Below, piece by piece: positions 41,346 to 51,972 of a stretch of DNA of 64,000 bases (within the stretch, counting starts at the first letter, position 1; the number at the start of each line of letters is the position of its first letter). The notes beneath the pieces were generated by a model. It searched no databases, was not told the DNA's origin, and worked only from the letters and a program-made list of their open reading frames with translations. Source of the stretch: an uncultured Candidatus Rokubacteria bacterium (lineage in GTDB: Bacteria; Methylomirabilota; Methylomirabilia; Rokubacteriales; CSP1-6). A program made the translations under genes and the position numbers. The stretch is taken from assembly GCA_963789955.1 (NCBI GenBank), contig CAWBMV010000022.1:416001-480000 (forward strand), given 5' to 3'.

Positions 41346-44300
41346 CTATGACTTCCTGAGCTCTGCGAGCACGGCCCGGATCTCCGGAGCCTGCGGGATT
41401 GTCTCCTGTAGCTGCAGCACTCGCCGGAGTGTCGAGGCAGCCTCGTCGCGTCGTCCAAGCTTGTAGTACGTCATGCCCAGGTGATAGAGGATCGTGGCGT
41501 TGCTGGCGGCCAGGTCGTTTGCCCGCTTGAAGACGGGTTCCGCCTTCTGATACTCGCGCCGCTGGTAATACACGAAGCCCAGCGTGTCGAGAATCTCGAA
41601 ACTATCCCGACGGAGATCTTGCGCCTTCTGAGCGAGCGCGAGCGCCTCATCGAGGTTCTTGCCTTCCGCCGCGTAGACGTACGCGACGTTGTTGTAGGCG
41701 CGCGGGTCCATGGGACTCAGAGCGATGGCGCGCTTGTACGCGATGACGGCGTTTGCCGTGTCGCCCTTCTGCTGGTAGGCGCTGCCAAGCGCGAAGTGAG
41801 CTTCCGGCGAGTTCGGATCCAGGCGCGTGGCGGCGCCGAGCGTGTCGATGGCGGATCGGAGATCGCCGCTCCTGAGATAGAGCGTGCCGAGCACGATATG
41901 GACCTGCACCGACCTGGGTTCGCGCTTGAGCACGTCCTTCGCGCGCGCGATACCCTCCGGCACTCGCCCCACGCGGCCATAAAGGTCCGCCAGCTGGAGA
42001 TCGACGGCGGGCTGGTTCGGATTCGTCCGATGGACCGCTTCGAGGTGCTGAATCGAGCGCTGGTAGTCCCCCTTTGACTGGTAATAGTTGGCCAGGAGCA
42101 GGTTGGCCGGGCCGTCGGCCGGAGCGACGCGGAGGACGATCTGAAGGTAGCTTACGGCTTCCTCATACTTCTTCTGCTCGATGCGGATCCACCCCATAGA
42201 GCGGTTCGCCGTCGGCGACAGCGGCGTGGTCTCGAGGACCTTCTTGAATTCCGCCTCTGCCTCGGCGAGCCTGCGCTGGGTGAGATAAGCGCTCCCGAGC
42301 TGTTCCCGGCGCACGGTGTTCGTGGGATCGGCGGCCACTGCCGCCTTCAGCTCCTCGATTCGCGAGGCGAGCAGCTGGGGATCGGGCTTTTCGCCCGACG
42401 CAGCTGCGAGCTCGATCCGGACCTGCTTGGCGTCCGGGGCGAGCTCGGCGGCGCGCTGGTATTCTCTCTTGGCGCCTTCGCGATCGCCCCGCGCTAGCAG
42501 CGCACGGGCGAGCTGGTAATGACCATCGAAGAGCCGCGGGTTGAGACGAGTCACGGTTTCGAACTGGCCGATCGCGCTGGAGAGGTCGCCCTTCGCGAGG
42601 TACGCCTGTCCCGTGAGCAGCTGGGCCGGGACATAGGTCGGGTCGTTTTTCAGCAGGGGAGCCAACCGCGCGATCGCATCGTCGAATCTCCCGGAGCGAA
42701 TGTAGAGGTCGGCGAGCACCAGCGTCGGTGTCGTGCTCTCCGCGCTTGCCTCGGATGGCTGCTTCCAGCACCGCAATCGCCTGATCGTAGCGGAACTCGC
42801 GGGCGTAGAGCTCGGCGAGCATCAGGGCGGCGGCGCTGTTGTTCGGCTGTTCCTTCAGCACGCGCTGTAGCTGCGGGACCGCATCGGCGGGTTTTCCATT
42901 GACGACCGCGAGGCGCGCAAGCGTCAGCCGAGCTGGCACGAACCGTTCGTCGAGCTGCAGTGCCGCGGTGAGCGCCTTCTCCGCCGCGGGTGTGTTGCGC
43001 TTGAGGGCGTAGAGCCGACCGAGTAGCTCCTGCGCGGCGGCACTCTTCGGGTCAGTCTGGACGGCCGCCTGCGCGACGGCGATGGCCTCGTCGACGCGCT
43101 TCTGCTGAACCAGCGTCGCTATCTTGGCCGCGACTGCCCGCCGGTCGCGCGGGTTCTGCGCGAGCGCGGCGTCGAACTCCTTGATCGCGTCCTCGGGCTT
43201 CTTCTCCAGATTGTAGATATTGCCGAGGGCTACTCGACCAGACGTGAACTTCGGATCCGCCTCGATCGCCTTGGCGAACGCCTCTTGCGCGGCGCGTAGG
43301 TCGCCCTTCGCCACATGAGCATTGCCCATCAGGGTGTACGCGCGGGCATTCTGCGGCGACAGCGCGATGGCCGTCCGCGCGGCCTTGATCGCCTCGTCGC
43401 TGGCACCGAGGGCAAGCTGCGTCTGCCCGAGCACCAGATAGTAGTCGGGCACCTTTGTCATGGGCGTGGCGAGCGTGTTCAGCTCGGCGAGCGCCTCGCG
43501 CGGCTGCCGCGCCTCGAGGAGCCCCAGCGCCAGGCCAAAGTGCATCAATGCATTGCCCGGAGCCTTCTGGACCCCCGCTCGAAACTCGTTGAGCGCCTCG
43601 TCAGGCCGATTGAGGCCGAGGAGCGCATACCCGAGCCAGTACCGTAGGGCCGGCGCATCCGGGAAGATCTGCTTGAGCCCGCTCAAGGTCGCGACCGCCT
43701 CGCGGAAGCGTCCGGCCTGGACGTTGAGCTGACCGGCCGTGAGAGCGAGGCGCGGTGTCCAGTTCTGACGCGGCAGCGACTCGAGCTCCTTGAGCGCGTC
43801 ATCCAGGTTCCCGCCGGCCGCATGCACGGCGCTCAGGGCCAAACGGACCGACGCACTGGTCGGGTTGTCGGCTTTGGCCTGGTCGAGAAGGCGGCGGGCT
43901 TCGTCCGGCCGGTTCTGACGTCTGAGCACGTCACCCAGTCCGACGAGGGCCGCCGGGTGCTTGGGATTTTGAGCGAGCGCAGAGCGGTAGGCTGATTCCG
44001 CCTCTCCGAGCCGTTCGAGCGCGTTCAGGATGTCGCCGCGGAGGATATGGAACTCGGGTGATGGCCGACCAGCGGCCAGGGCCTTGTCGATCGCAGCCAG
44101 GGCGTCCTGCCGCTGCCCTTTCGCGTTGAGCGCGGCCGCCCGGAAATAGAGCGCCCACGCATTCGCGGGGTCCTTGCCCGCGATGGTGGCCGCCGCCCGG
44201 AGAGCATTCTCCCACGCCTCGATCGCTACATAGGCGCGGCCGAGGTCGATGTAGGCCTCGAGGTTGTTGGGCTCGAGCTCCACAGCGCGGCGAAGCTCCC

Positions 44301-44556
44301 GCGCGGCATCGAGGTGCCATCCCTTGGCGGTGTACGCACGGCCCAGGAGGTGCATCGCGGGCGAGAATTTCGGGTCGACCTGCAGCGCATTCTTCAGCTC
44401 GATGATCGCCTCGTTGTATTGGCTCTTGTCGTAGTATGCCTGGGCTTTTTCGAGATGACGCTGCTTGAGAACGGCTGGATCTCTGGTGCAGGCGGCCACG
44501 ATCAGCGCCACGCAGCCGGCCGCGAAGAGAGCGGAAAGCGTCCACCGGATCTTCAT
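41346..44556 (-). CDS. Large TPR lipoprotein (PrsT-like), about 1070 aa, frameshifted at ~42750
   Basis: Lipobox LIVAA-C; EAIIELKNALQ near the N-terminus; tandem TPRs; C-terminal NNVAY..DTLGFVY..YHLGM. Confidence 0.82.
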
Positions 44557-44582
44557 GAGAATCCTCTGTTAGGGGCTCCCTG

Positions 44583-45626
44583 CTACCCGATATGAGGATA
44601 GAGGATTCTACCGGTGGCGCGGCGTATCCCGCCAGGCAACCGGGCGAAGACACGTTTCATGACACTCATCGTCCAGACATTCTTAGGGGTCGTCGGCCGC
44701 GTCACGGCTGGGGAGCGCCAGTACGTGAGCGTGGAGCGAGTCGCGGCCAAGTGTTCCTTGAAAGCAATGAGCCCAGCGGCGTCGCAGTCTGATCGTCCGA
44801 GATCCAGCACGTGGGCTCCCAGATGCTTGGCCTCCTGGATAGCTTTCCAGAACAGAAACGGCATGCCGCCCAGGGAATTCAGACGCGCGTCCGAGCCACC
44901 GTACTTGTAGACCACACTCGTGCCGTGCGTGAGCGTCAGGATGCCCGCAGCAGGCTGACCGTCCTTGGAGACGATGCGGATGCAGACATTCCCGCCGAGA
45001 TGCTCGATCAGGTTGTCGAACCATGCTCGCGGTTGTAGAGGAATCTGATGGCGCCGTCGGGTCAGATCCAGGAGGTAACAGAGCTTGTTGAGAAGCGGTT
45101 CGCTGCGCCCCTGCTCGTAGGTCAGCCGTTCGCGCTCCGCCCTTCGAATCTTGCGTTGGATCGAGTCCTTGTGAAAGCTGTGCAGTAACGCATCGAGATC
45201 GGGCCGAAGGTCGAGACAGTGCAACAAGAAGGTCTGCCCTCTTCCGAAGCCTGCCCCGAGCGAGATGCCCGCGCTGGCCGGCCGCATCTCCACGTATCGC
45301 CAGCGGTCCTGGGCTTGACGCCGCAGCACGGCCGAGCAGAGCGTCTGCACCTCGTCGGGGCGGTCGACGAGCGGCTCGCAATGGTCGGAGAACGGCAAGG
45401 ACACGAGCCGCGAGCCGGTCAGCCAGCTCCGAACGGCGGAGAACACGAGCGCGTTCAGCAGATCATCGGTCGGGCGAGACGTGGTGAAGGCGATCGGCTC
45501 GAAACAATATGTGCGCTGAAGAGCTCGCAACCATCCCGACGTGTGAAAGATCGAGGCCTTCGGGTGTCGCGCGACGAACTCTGTCCAGCGAGCATCCTCG
45601 AGTGGATCGAAGGAATAGACCTCCAT
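44583..45626 (-). CDS. FemAB-like GNAT acyltransferase
   Basis: ASIFHTSGW, LVSLPFSDHC, RKIRRAER, YKYGGS, LDLGRS..GLIAFK. Confidence 0.8.
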   Translation of the reverse strand: MEVYSFDPLEDARWTEFVARHPKASIFHTSGWLRALQRTYCFEPIAFTTSRPTDDLLNALVFSAVRSWLTGSRLVSLPFSDHCEPLVDRPDEVQTLCSAVLRRQAQDRWRYVEMRPASAGISLGAGFGRGQTFLLHCLDLRPDLDALLHSFHKDSIQRKIRRAERERLTYEQGRSEPLLNKLCYLLDLTRRRHQIPLQPRAWFDNLIEHLGGNVCIRIVSKDGQPAAGILTLTHGTSVVYKYGGSDARLNSLGGMPFLFWKAIQEAKHLGAHVLDLGRSDCDAAGLIAFKEHLAATRSTLTYWRSPAVTRPTTPKNVWTMSVMKRVFARLPGGIRRATGRILYPHIG

Positions 45627-45851
45627 CGCGTCGTGCAGCCCCCGAAGGATAGTACCTCGCCACGATGGAGACCGAGACTCACCAGGGCGCGGAGCAGGTC
45701 CGGGTCGCAGCCGTTGCTGAGAAAACGTAAGCAGATCAGTTGCTTGCATTGCTCGTCTATCGTGCGACAGCCGTCACCCTGGCGAAATGGTGTCAGGCCA
45801 CGAGGGCTGGTTCGGCGAGAAGCGAGGGCGAAGTGGTGCTAGATTTTCGTC

Positions 45852-47927
45852 GTGGTCGTGACACCGCACGTGATCGTCGCTGTAGTCGCGGGGCTGACGA
45901 GCGTAGCACTTGCGATCGTCGGTCTGCTCCTGGGCCGTCCCGGATGGATCAAGCGCAGCTTCGGCCTCGGGATGGTCATGTTCGCCGTGGAGTCGTTCGC
46001 CACCGCAGTGTTGCTCGGCGGCGCGGACACGCCCGGCGCTCAAGTCTTCTGGCTGAATGTCGTGGAAGCGTCACGGATCGCCGCGCCGCTCGCGTGGGTC
46101 GTGTTCGTGGGCTCCGTAATACGCCACCACGCGGCGGCGCTTCCTCCGGAGTGGCGAGCGGGACTCGCCGCGGGCGCCATGCTCGCGCTTGCGCTGTTCG
46201 GGGCCGTGGTCACGCTCGGTGGCTTCAGCGTCGCCTTCGCTCCGGGGCGGTTCGCGGTGGCATTGCTCACCAGGGTCGGGGTGGTATCGGTCGCCCTGCA
46301 GCTCGTTCTCACGGTGGCGGTGCTCGCCGGGCTCGAGGCGTGTCTGCGGACATCACGAGCGGGGTCGCGAGGCCGGATCAAGTATCTCGTGCTGGGCCTC
46401 GGCGGAGTCTTTCTGGTGCGATTCTACGTCCTGAGCCAGGTGGCGCTCTTCCGCGAGATCACGTCCAGCGTGCTGAGCATCGGTACCGCGACCCTGCTGA
46501 TCGGCAACCTTGTGCTCGCGGTCAGTCTGGCTCGCGCTCGACTGCCGGAGACCCAGCTCGCCGTGTCCCGTGCGGTGTTCTATCGCTCGGTGATCGTCGG
46601 GGTTCTTGGTGCCTACTTGCTGGCTGTCGGAGGTCTGGGCTGGCTGCTCACGTATCTGCAGATCCCGGAGAAGGTGTTCTGGGTGACACTCGCCGTCTTC
46701 GTCTCGACGCTGATGCTGGCGGCAGTGTTGCTGTCCGACCAGGCGCGCTGGCGGGTGAAGCGGTTCATCGCGATCAACTTCTATCGCAGCAAGTACGACT
46801 ATCGCGAGCAGTGGATGGCGTTGACCAGGCGCCTCAGCACGCAGCTCACCCTGGAGGATCTGAGCCCGCAACTGCTCGAGACCGTGACCGATGCCGTGGG
46901 CGGCGACACGGCGATGCTTTACGTGGCCGATGCCTCGAATCGCCAGTATCACGTCACAGCGTCGATCCGCCTCCGGGAGGCCGCACCGGTCATCCAGGAC
47001 GACGTCCCCTTGCTGACAGAGCTGGCTGTCCGTCGAGAGCCGCTGGTGCTGGAGACTGACCTCGACTGGGGTGGCATCCAGCTCGCGGAGACCTTTCCGG
47101 CCGGAAGCGTGATCGTGCCGCTCGAGTGGCGCGGCGGCTTGGCCGGCTTTATCGTAGTCGGCCCCGAAAGGACGGGTCTGCCCTATACGCCGGAGGACCT
47201 CGAGTTCATGGCGACGATGGGCCAGCAGGCCACAGCATCCATCGTGACTGTCCGGCTCTCGGAGGATCTGGCGCGGGCGCGGGAGTTCGACGCATTCGCA
47301 CGACTCGCCTCGTTCGTGGTCCACGACCTGAAGAATCTGATCTCCGGTCTCAGCCTTCTGAGCCAGAACGCCGTCAAGCACTTCGACGACCCCGAGTTCC
47401 AGAGGGACACGATTCTCAGTCTGTCACGAACCGTGGAGCGAATGCAGGCGCTGCTCGCCCGACTGTCGTCGCGGACCGAGCTCGTCGTGCTGCGCGACAA
47501 GTCTGTTGATTTGCCGAGCATCGTTCGGGACGCCATCGGGATGGTGAACGCCCCTAACAGCGTCAAGCTCATCACCGAGCTCGAAGCGGTGCCACCAGTT
47601 GTTGGAGATCCCGAAGCATTAGTGCGGGCAATCCACAATCTCCTGACTAACGCCGTTCAGGCGCTGGACGGCGAGGGGACCGTAGCGGTGACGGTCAAGC
47701 ACGAAAACCGCCACGCCGTTCTGTCTGTTTCCGACACTGGCTGCGGGATGTCGGAGGAATTCGTCCGGGAGTCGTTGTTCGTGCCCTTCCGCACGACGAA
47801 GCGAGGCGGGTGGGGCCTCGGGCTCTACCAGGTGAAAGAGATCGTCGAACTGCACAAGGGGAAGCTACTGGTCACAAGCAAAGAGGGATCGGGAACCACG
47901 TTTCATGTCACGCTTCCGCTGGCGTGA
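45852..47927 (+). CDS. prsK: PEP-CTERM-system histidine kinase (PrsK-like)
   Basis: Multi-TM N-terminus; FYRSKYDYREQW; GAF-like region; SFVVHDLKN; NLLTNA, DTGCGM, PFRTTK, GLGL. Confidence 0.85.
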   Translation: MVVTPHVIVAVVAGLTSVALAIVGLLLGRPGWIKRSFGLGMVMFAVESFATAVLLGGADTPGAQVFWLNVVEASRIAAPLAWVVFVGSVIRHHAAALPPEWRAGLAAGAMLALALFGAVVTLGGFSVAFAPGRFAVALLTRVGVVSVALQLVLTVAVLAGLEACLRTSRAGSRGRIKYLVLGLGGVFLVRFYVLSQVALFREITSSVLSIGTATLLIGNLVLAVSLARARLPETQLAVSRAVFYRSVIVGVLGAYLLAVGGLGWLLTYLQIPEKVFWVTLAVFVSTLMLAAVLLSDQARWRVKRFIAINFYRSKYDYREQWMALTRRLSTQLTLEDLSPQLLETVTDAVGGDTAMLYVADASNRQYHVTASIRLREAAPVIQDDVPLLTELAVRREPLVLETDLDWGGIQLAETFPAGSVIVPLEWRGGLAGFIVVGPERTGLPYTPEDLEFMATMGQQATASIVTVRLSEDLARAREFDAFARLASFVVHDLKNLISGLSLLSQNAVKHFDDPEFQRDTILSLSRTVERMQALLARLSSRTELVVLRDKSVDLPSIVRDAIGMVNAPNSVKLITELEAVPPVVGDPEALVRAIHNLLTNAVQALDGEGTVAVTVKHENRHAVLSVSDTGCGMSEEFVRESLFVPFRTTKRGGWGLGLYQVKEIVELHKGKLLVTSKEGSGTTFHVTLPLA

Positions 47928-47988
47928 TCAAGTTGCCGTACTCTCTGTTGCACCGTATATTCGATCTCCATTGAATTCACACGAGCCG

Positions 47989-49365
47989 GTGATCGAGCGT
48001 GCGCTGGTCGATTACTATCGTTGCCCGGAGCAACTCGTGACGATGGCCCTGGCCGGCGCGCTCTCCTCCGATTCGGGCTATTTCCGCTTTGGCACGAACG
48101 TCTGCTACGGGCAGAGCTCGTCCGGCTCTCGCTCGTCGGTATTGACCGACGCGCTCTACGACACTGCGCCCGCGGTGAGGGCGGAGGCGGGTGTCCTTCG
48201 CGTGCCCTTCAACCCCTCACAGGTCATCGATAATCTCCGGCTGGAGCGCTATCCCCCGGACCCACGGAATTCCGACGCTCTGCGCCAGACGTCGTGGCAG
48301 AAGAGACTCTACTACTCGTTCAGGCGTTTCATGCCAGCTGCCATGCGCCAGGCGCTCCAGCGGACCTACTTCCGCGGCTTCAAGAACCGTCCGTTCCCTC
48401 GCTGGCCGGTCGATGACACCGTCGATCGGATCCTCGAGCGACTTCTGCTGCTGTCCCTCCAGGGCCGGAGTGTCGCCAGGGTGCCGTTCGTGTGGTTCTG
48501 GCCCGATGGCGCCCCGAGCTGTGCCATCGTCACCCACGACGTCGAGACCTTGGTCGGGCGTGACCGCTGCTCGTGGCTGATGGACGTGGACGACAGCTAT
48601 GGAATCAAGACGTCGTTCCAGATCGTGCCGGAGGAGCGGTACGCTGTCTCCCTGGCGCTTCTTGACGAGATCAGGAATCGCGGCTTCGAGATCAACGTGC
48701 ACGATCTCAACCACGACGGGCATCTGTTCAGAGACCACACGGAGTTCCGCCTTCGGGCGAAGCGGATCAACGAGTACGCCTGCGAGTTCGGCGCCCGCGG
48801 GTTCCGCTCGGGTCACCTCTATCGGCATGCCGACTGGTACGAGGCCCTCGAGATCGCCTACGACATGTCCATTCCGAACACGGCTCACCTGGAGATCCAG
48901 CACGGCGGCTGCTGTACCGTGATGCCGTACTTCATCGGCGAGATCGTCGAGTTGCCCCTGACGACGACGCAGGACTATTCGCTCTTCCACGTTCTCCGGG
49001 ACTTCTCGAACGAGATCTGGAAGAGCCAGATCGACGCCATCATCGCCGCGCACGGCCTGATGAGTTTCATCGCCCATCCGGACTATCTGGGAGACGACAT
49101 GGCGCGACAGGCCTACCGTATGCTCCTGGATCGCCTGTCGCGCCTTCGCGAGGCGGGGAGATGCTGGATTGCCCTTCCGGGCGAGGTGGAGCGCTGGTGG
49201 AGGCAGCGCAGCCGGATGACTCTTGTCCAGGACGGCGAGCGGTGGCGCATCGAGGGGCAAGGCGGAGAACGGGCCCGGATCGCCTGGGCGGAAATCCACG
49301 GAGACCAGGTGATCTACCGAGTCGAGCGGGCTTCGCCCAGCGACACCGGGGCGTCAGGGACGTGA
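47989..49365 (+). CDS. Polysaccharide deacetylase-like protein
   Basis: WPDG..IVTHDVE, FEINVHDLNHDG, GFRSG, ELPLT, HPDY. Confidence 0.75.
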   Translation: MIERALVDYYRCPEQLVTMALAGALSSDSGYFRFGTNVCYGQSSSGSRSSVLTDALYDTAPAVRAEAGVLRVPFNPSQVIDNLRLERYPPDPRNSDALRQTSWQKRLYYSFRRFMPAAMRQALQRTYFRGFKNRPFPRWPVDDTVDRILERLLLLSLQGRSVARVPFVWFWPDGAPSCAIVTHDVETLVGRDRCSWLMDVDDSYGIKTSFQIVPEERYAVSLALLDEIRNRGFEINVHDLNHDGHLFRDHTEFRLRAKRINEYACEFGARGFRSGHLYRHADWYEALEIAYDMSIPNTAHLEIQHGGCCTVMPYFIGEIVELPLTTTQDYSLFHVLRDFSNEIWKSQIDAIIAAHGLMSFIAHPDYLGDDMARQAYRMLLDRLSRLREAGRCWIALPGEVERWWRQRSRMTLVQDGERWRIEGQGGERARIAWAEIHGDQVIYRVERASPSDTGASGT

Positions 49366-49374
49366 ACCGAGCGA

Positions 49375-50070
49375 ATGACGAGCTGGCGGCGACATCTCTT
49401 CTACACAAGACAGTGCGTCAAGACCACGTGGAAGCTCAGGCTTGGGGTACTCGTCGTCGCGGCCCTTACGCTGGCCTCGACGAGCCCGTTCTGGACGAGC
49501 GCCATTGCGCGCAGCCTGGTGTGCGCTCAGGACGTCGCCCCGAGCGACCTGATCCTCATCGAGAACTTCGACCCGGATTACCTGTTGTTCGAGCGAGCGG
49601 CAGCGCTGCAGAAAGACCGAATTGCCCCCCGGGCCCTCGTTCCCGTGCAGGCCGGGCAAGATTCCGGGACGCCGAACTACATCTCGCAGGCGATCGCCGA
49701 CGTGATGGCTCGTCATTCGCGCATGGCTTCATGGGAGACGCTTCCGATCAGCGAGGTGGAACCCATCAGCCTGAATGCCGCCTTTCAGATCCGGCAGTAC
49801 CTTCTGCGCGAGAACGTCAAGTCGCTCATCGTCGTCACCGGCGGCTTCCGCAGCCAGCGCTCTTCGCTGATCTATCGAACGGTTCTGGCCGGACGCGGAG
49901 TGCAGGTGCGCTGTGATCCGGTCTTCGGGCGCGCGACCCCGGAACGCTGGGGCAATACATGGCACGGTATCCAGGACGTGGCTGAGCAGTTCGTGAAGCT
50001 GCAGTACTACCGGTTTTACGTCCTTCTGTCCATGCAGCCGACTCGTGAGAGTAGACGGGGATTAGAGTGA
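49375..50070 (+). CDS. YdcF/DUF218-like membrane-anchored protein
   Basis: N-terminal TM; SLIVVTGGFRSQRS; EQFVKLQYY. Confidence 0.55.
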   Translation: MTSWRRHLFYTRQCVKTTWKLRLGVLVVAALTLASTSPFWTSAIARSLVCAQDVAPSDLILIENFDPDYLLFERAAALQKDRIAPRALVPVQAGQDSGTPNYISQAIADVMARHSRMASWETLPISEVEPISLNAAFQIRQYLLRENVKSLIVVTGGFRSQRSSLIYRTVLAGRGVQVRCDPVFGRATPERWGNTWHGIQDVAEQFVKLQYYRFYVLLSMQPTRESRRGLE

Positions 50071-50376
50071 GGGTGTCGCTGGTGACGAGCGGGCATGATC
50101 CGGATTATGCGATCCCGCTCGCAGCGGCCCTGGCCGATGCCGCCTTCCAGGTCGAATTCGTCGCGAGTGACACGATGGAGACGGAGCAAGCGCTGAAGCG
50201 CCCAGGAGACCTCGTATCTGAACTTGCGTGGCAGGCCAAGATCCTCGTGCGCCTCTTCGCGTCAAGCTCGCCAGGTCCTCCGCTACTACTGGAAGCTGGT
50301 CTTGTACGCGCGACGGACGGACTCGGCTCCGCGAAACCTTGTCCTGATCCGGCAAGGTAAGCCAACGCCCCGATAA
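50067..50376 (+). pseudogene. Truncated, frameshifted N-terminal fragment of a GT4-like glycosyltransferase
   Basis: MRVSLVTSGHDPDYAIPLAAALA..; patched frames read YLNLRG.QDPRAPLRVKLARVLRYYWKLVLYARRTDS, then the similarity stops. Confidence 0.55.
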
Positions 50377-51972
50377 ATGTTCCATAGAGGCCTGGCATCG
50401 ACCACCCATTCATTGCGGGCCTGGATCCTAGCTGGGGTGCTTCCATTCGCGCCCGCTGGTTCGGTAGAGTTCCGCTTTGCGAGGGGAGTGTTCTGGTCGG
50501 TCGGCGGAGCTATCGTGTCCCAGGTGCTGGGCATGATCGCCTCATTCGTCACCGCGCGGCTCCTCGGGAAAGTAGGGGTAGGAGAGGTCGGGATAGTTCT
50601 CAGCACCCTCGGCGCATTCGGTGTCTTCGCGGGGTTCGGAGTCGGACTCACATCGACGAAGTATGTCGCTGAATTTCGCCTCACGAATCCGGGCCGAGCG
50701 GGGAGAATCTTGGGCTTGTCGAGGCTCGCAGCGCTCTCCTCCGGAGCGATCATCACGGTGCTGCTGTTTCTCGCCGCGGAGAATCTTGCGTCCGGCATGT
50801 TGAAGGCGCCGCATCTCGTCTTCGAGATACGGATGGGATGCTTGTTGCTACTGGTGAATGCTCTCCAGGAGACACAGGGCGGGGCCCTGGTTGGATTCGA
50901 AGCCTACCGCCAAATTGCGCGATTAAATCTGCTCCGTGGGCTGCTGTATTTTCCTCTCGTGATAGGCGGCGTTCTTCTGTTCGGAGTGCGGGGTGCGATC
51001 GGAGCCAACGTGGCCGTCGCGGTAATCGGATGCTTGCTGTCGGGTGCTGCAATCCGTCATCAGTGTCGCCAGATGAACATCGTCATCTCGATGCGAGGCA
51101 TCATGTCGGAGTTATCTGTGATTCGAAATTTCACAATACCGGCCTTTTTGAGCGGCGTAATGGTGGCGCCGGTGATGTGGCTCGTCAATACGATTCTCGT
51201 AAACCAACCGGGGGGCTACGGTGAACTTGGACTGTTGAGCGCGGCAAATCAGTGGAGGACCTTCCTGATGTTTCTTCCGCAAGCCTTCCTCCAGGTTGCC
51301 CTGCCTATGATGGCCATGGGGGCCACGAATTCCCAAATGGCAGTGAGACAGTACGGCAAGACGTTTTCGTTGACTCGAAGCCTCACACTGCTTGCCGTGT
51401 TTCCGCCGGCGGTTGTTCTGATGCTAGTTTCGAGTTGGATCATGAAGTTGTACGGACTGCAGTTCGCGGGTGCCGATCCGGTATTGATAGGAGTCATATC
51501 TAGCGTGATGGTCGTCGCAACAGGCAGCGCGGTCGGGCCTGCGATTCAGGCAGAAGGAAAACTCTGGTTTGGATTCTTACAAAATATCTCCTGGGGTGTC
51601 CTTCTGCTTTGTTTCGCGGCTCTCGCGGCTCCGGCCTGGGGAGCGGCCGGGGTGGCTTTTTCGTTCGCGTTGTCATATGGCGTCTTGGCGATCTGGAGCT
51701 TCCTATATCTGCGGCCGTCGCTACCCGCTCGGACTGTCAGCCGGGTGTTTATAGCACTGATATTCATCGCGGTCGTGGGAGCCTCCGCGTTGACGATGTC
51801 ACCTGTCGTCAGGATCGCAATGGCACTCCCTGCAGGCGTTATCACCGTGGCGGTCACACTTTTTGTTCTTGTCGATGAGCCGGTGAAGGTTGCGATTGTC
51901 CACTCTCTCAAGCAAAAGTGGCGGGCGTATTCAAAGCCCGGGCCTCCTCAGGCACCTGGAGCGTGTGCTTGA
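50377..51972 (+). CDS. wzx: Oligosaccharide flippase (Wzx-like)
   Basis: Many TM helices; ARLLGK..G, GVGLTSTKYVA, GELGLLSAANQW. Confidence 0.85.
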   Translation: MFHRGLASTTHSLRAWILAGVLPFAPAGSVEFRFARGVFWSVGGAIVSQVLGMIASFVTARLLGKVGVGEVGIVLSTLGAFGVFAGFGVGLTSTKYVAEFRLTNPGRAGRILGLSRLAALSSGAIITVLLFLAAENLASGMLKAPHLVFEIRMGCLLLLVNALQETQGGALVGFEAYRQIARLNLLRGLLYFPLVIGGVLLFGVRGAIGANVAVAVIGCLLSGAAIRHQCRQMNIVISMRGIMSELSVIRNFTIPAFLSGVMVAPVMWLVNTILVNQPGGYGELGLLSAANQWRTFLMFLPQAFLQVALPMMAMGATNSQMAVRQYGKTFSLTRSLTLLAVFPPAVVLMLVSSWIMKLYGLQFAGADPVLIGVISSVMVVATGSAVGPAIQAEGKLWFGFLQNISWGVLLLCFAALAAPAWGAAGVAFSFALSYGVLAIWSFLYLRPSLPARTVSRVFIALIFIAVVGASALTMSPVVRIAMALPAGVITVAVTLFVLVDEPVKVAIVHSLKQKWRAYSKPGPPQAPGACA

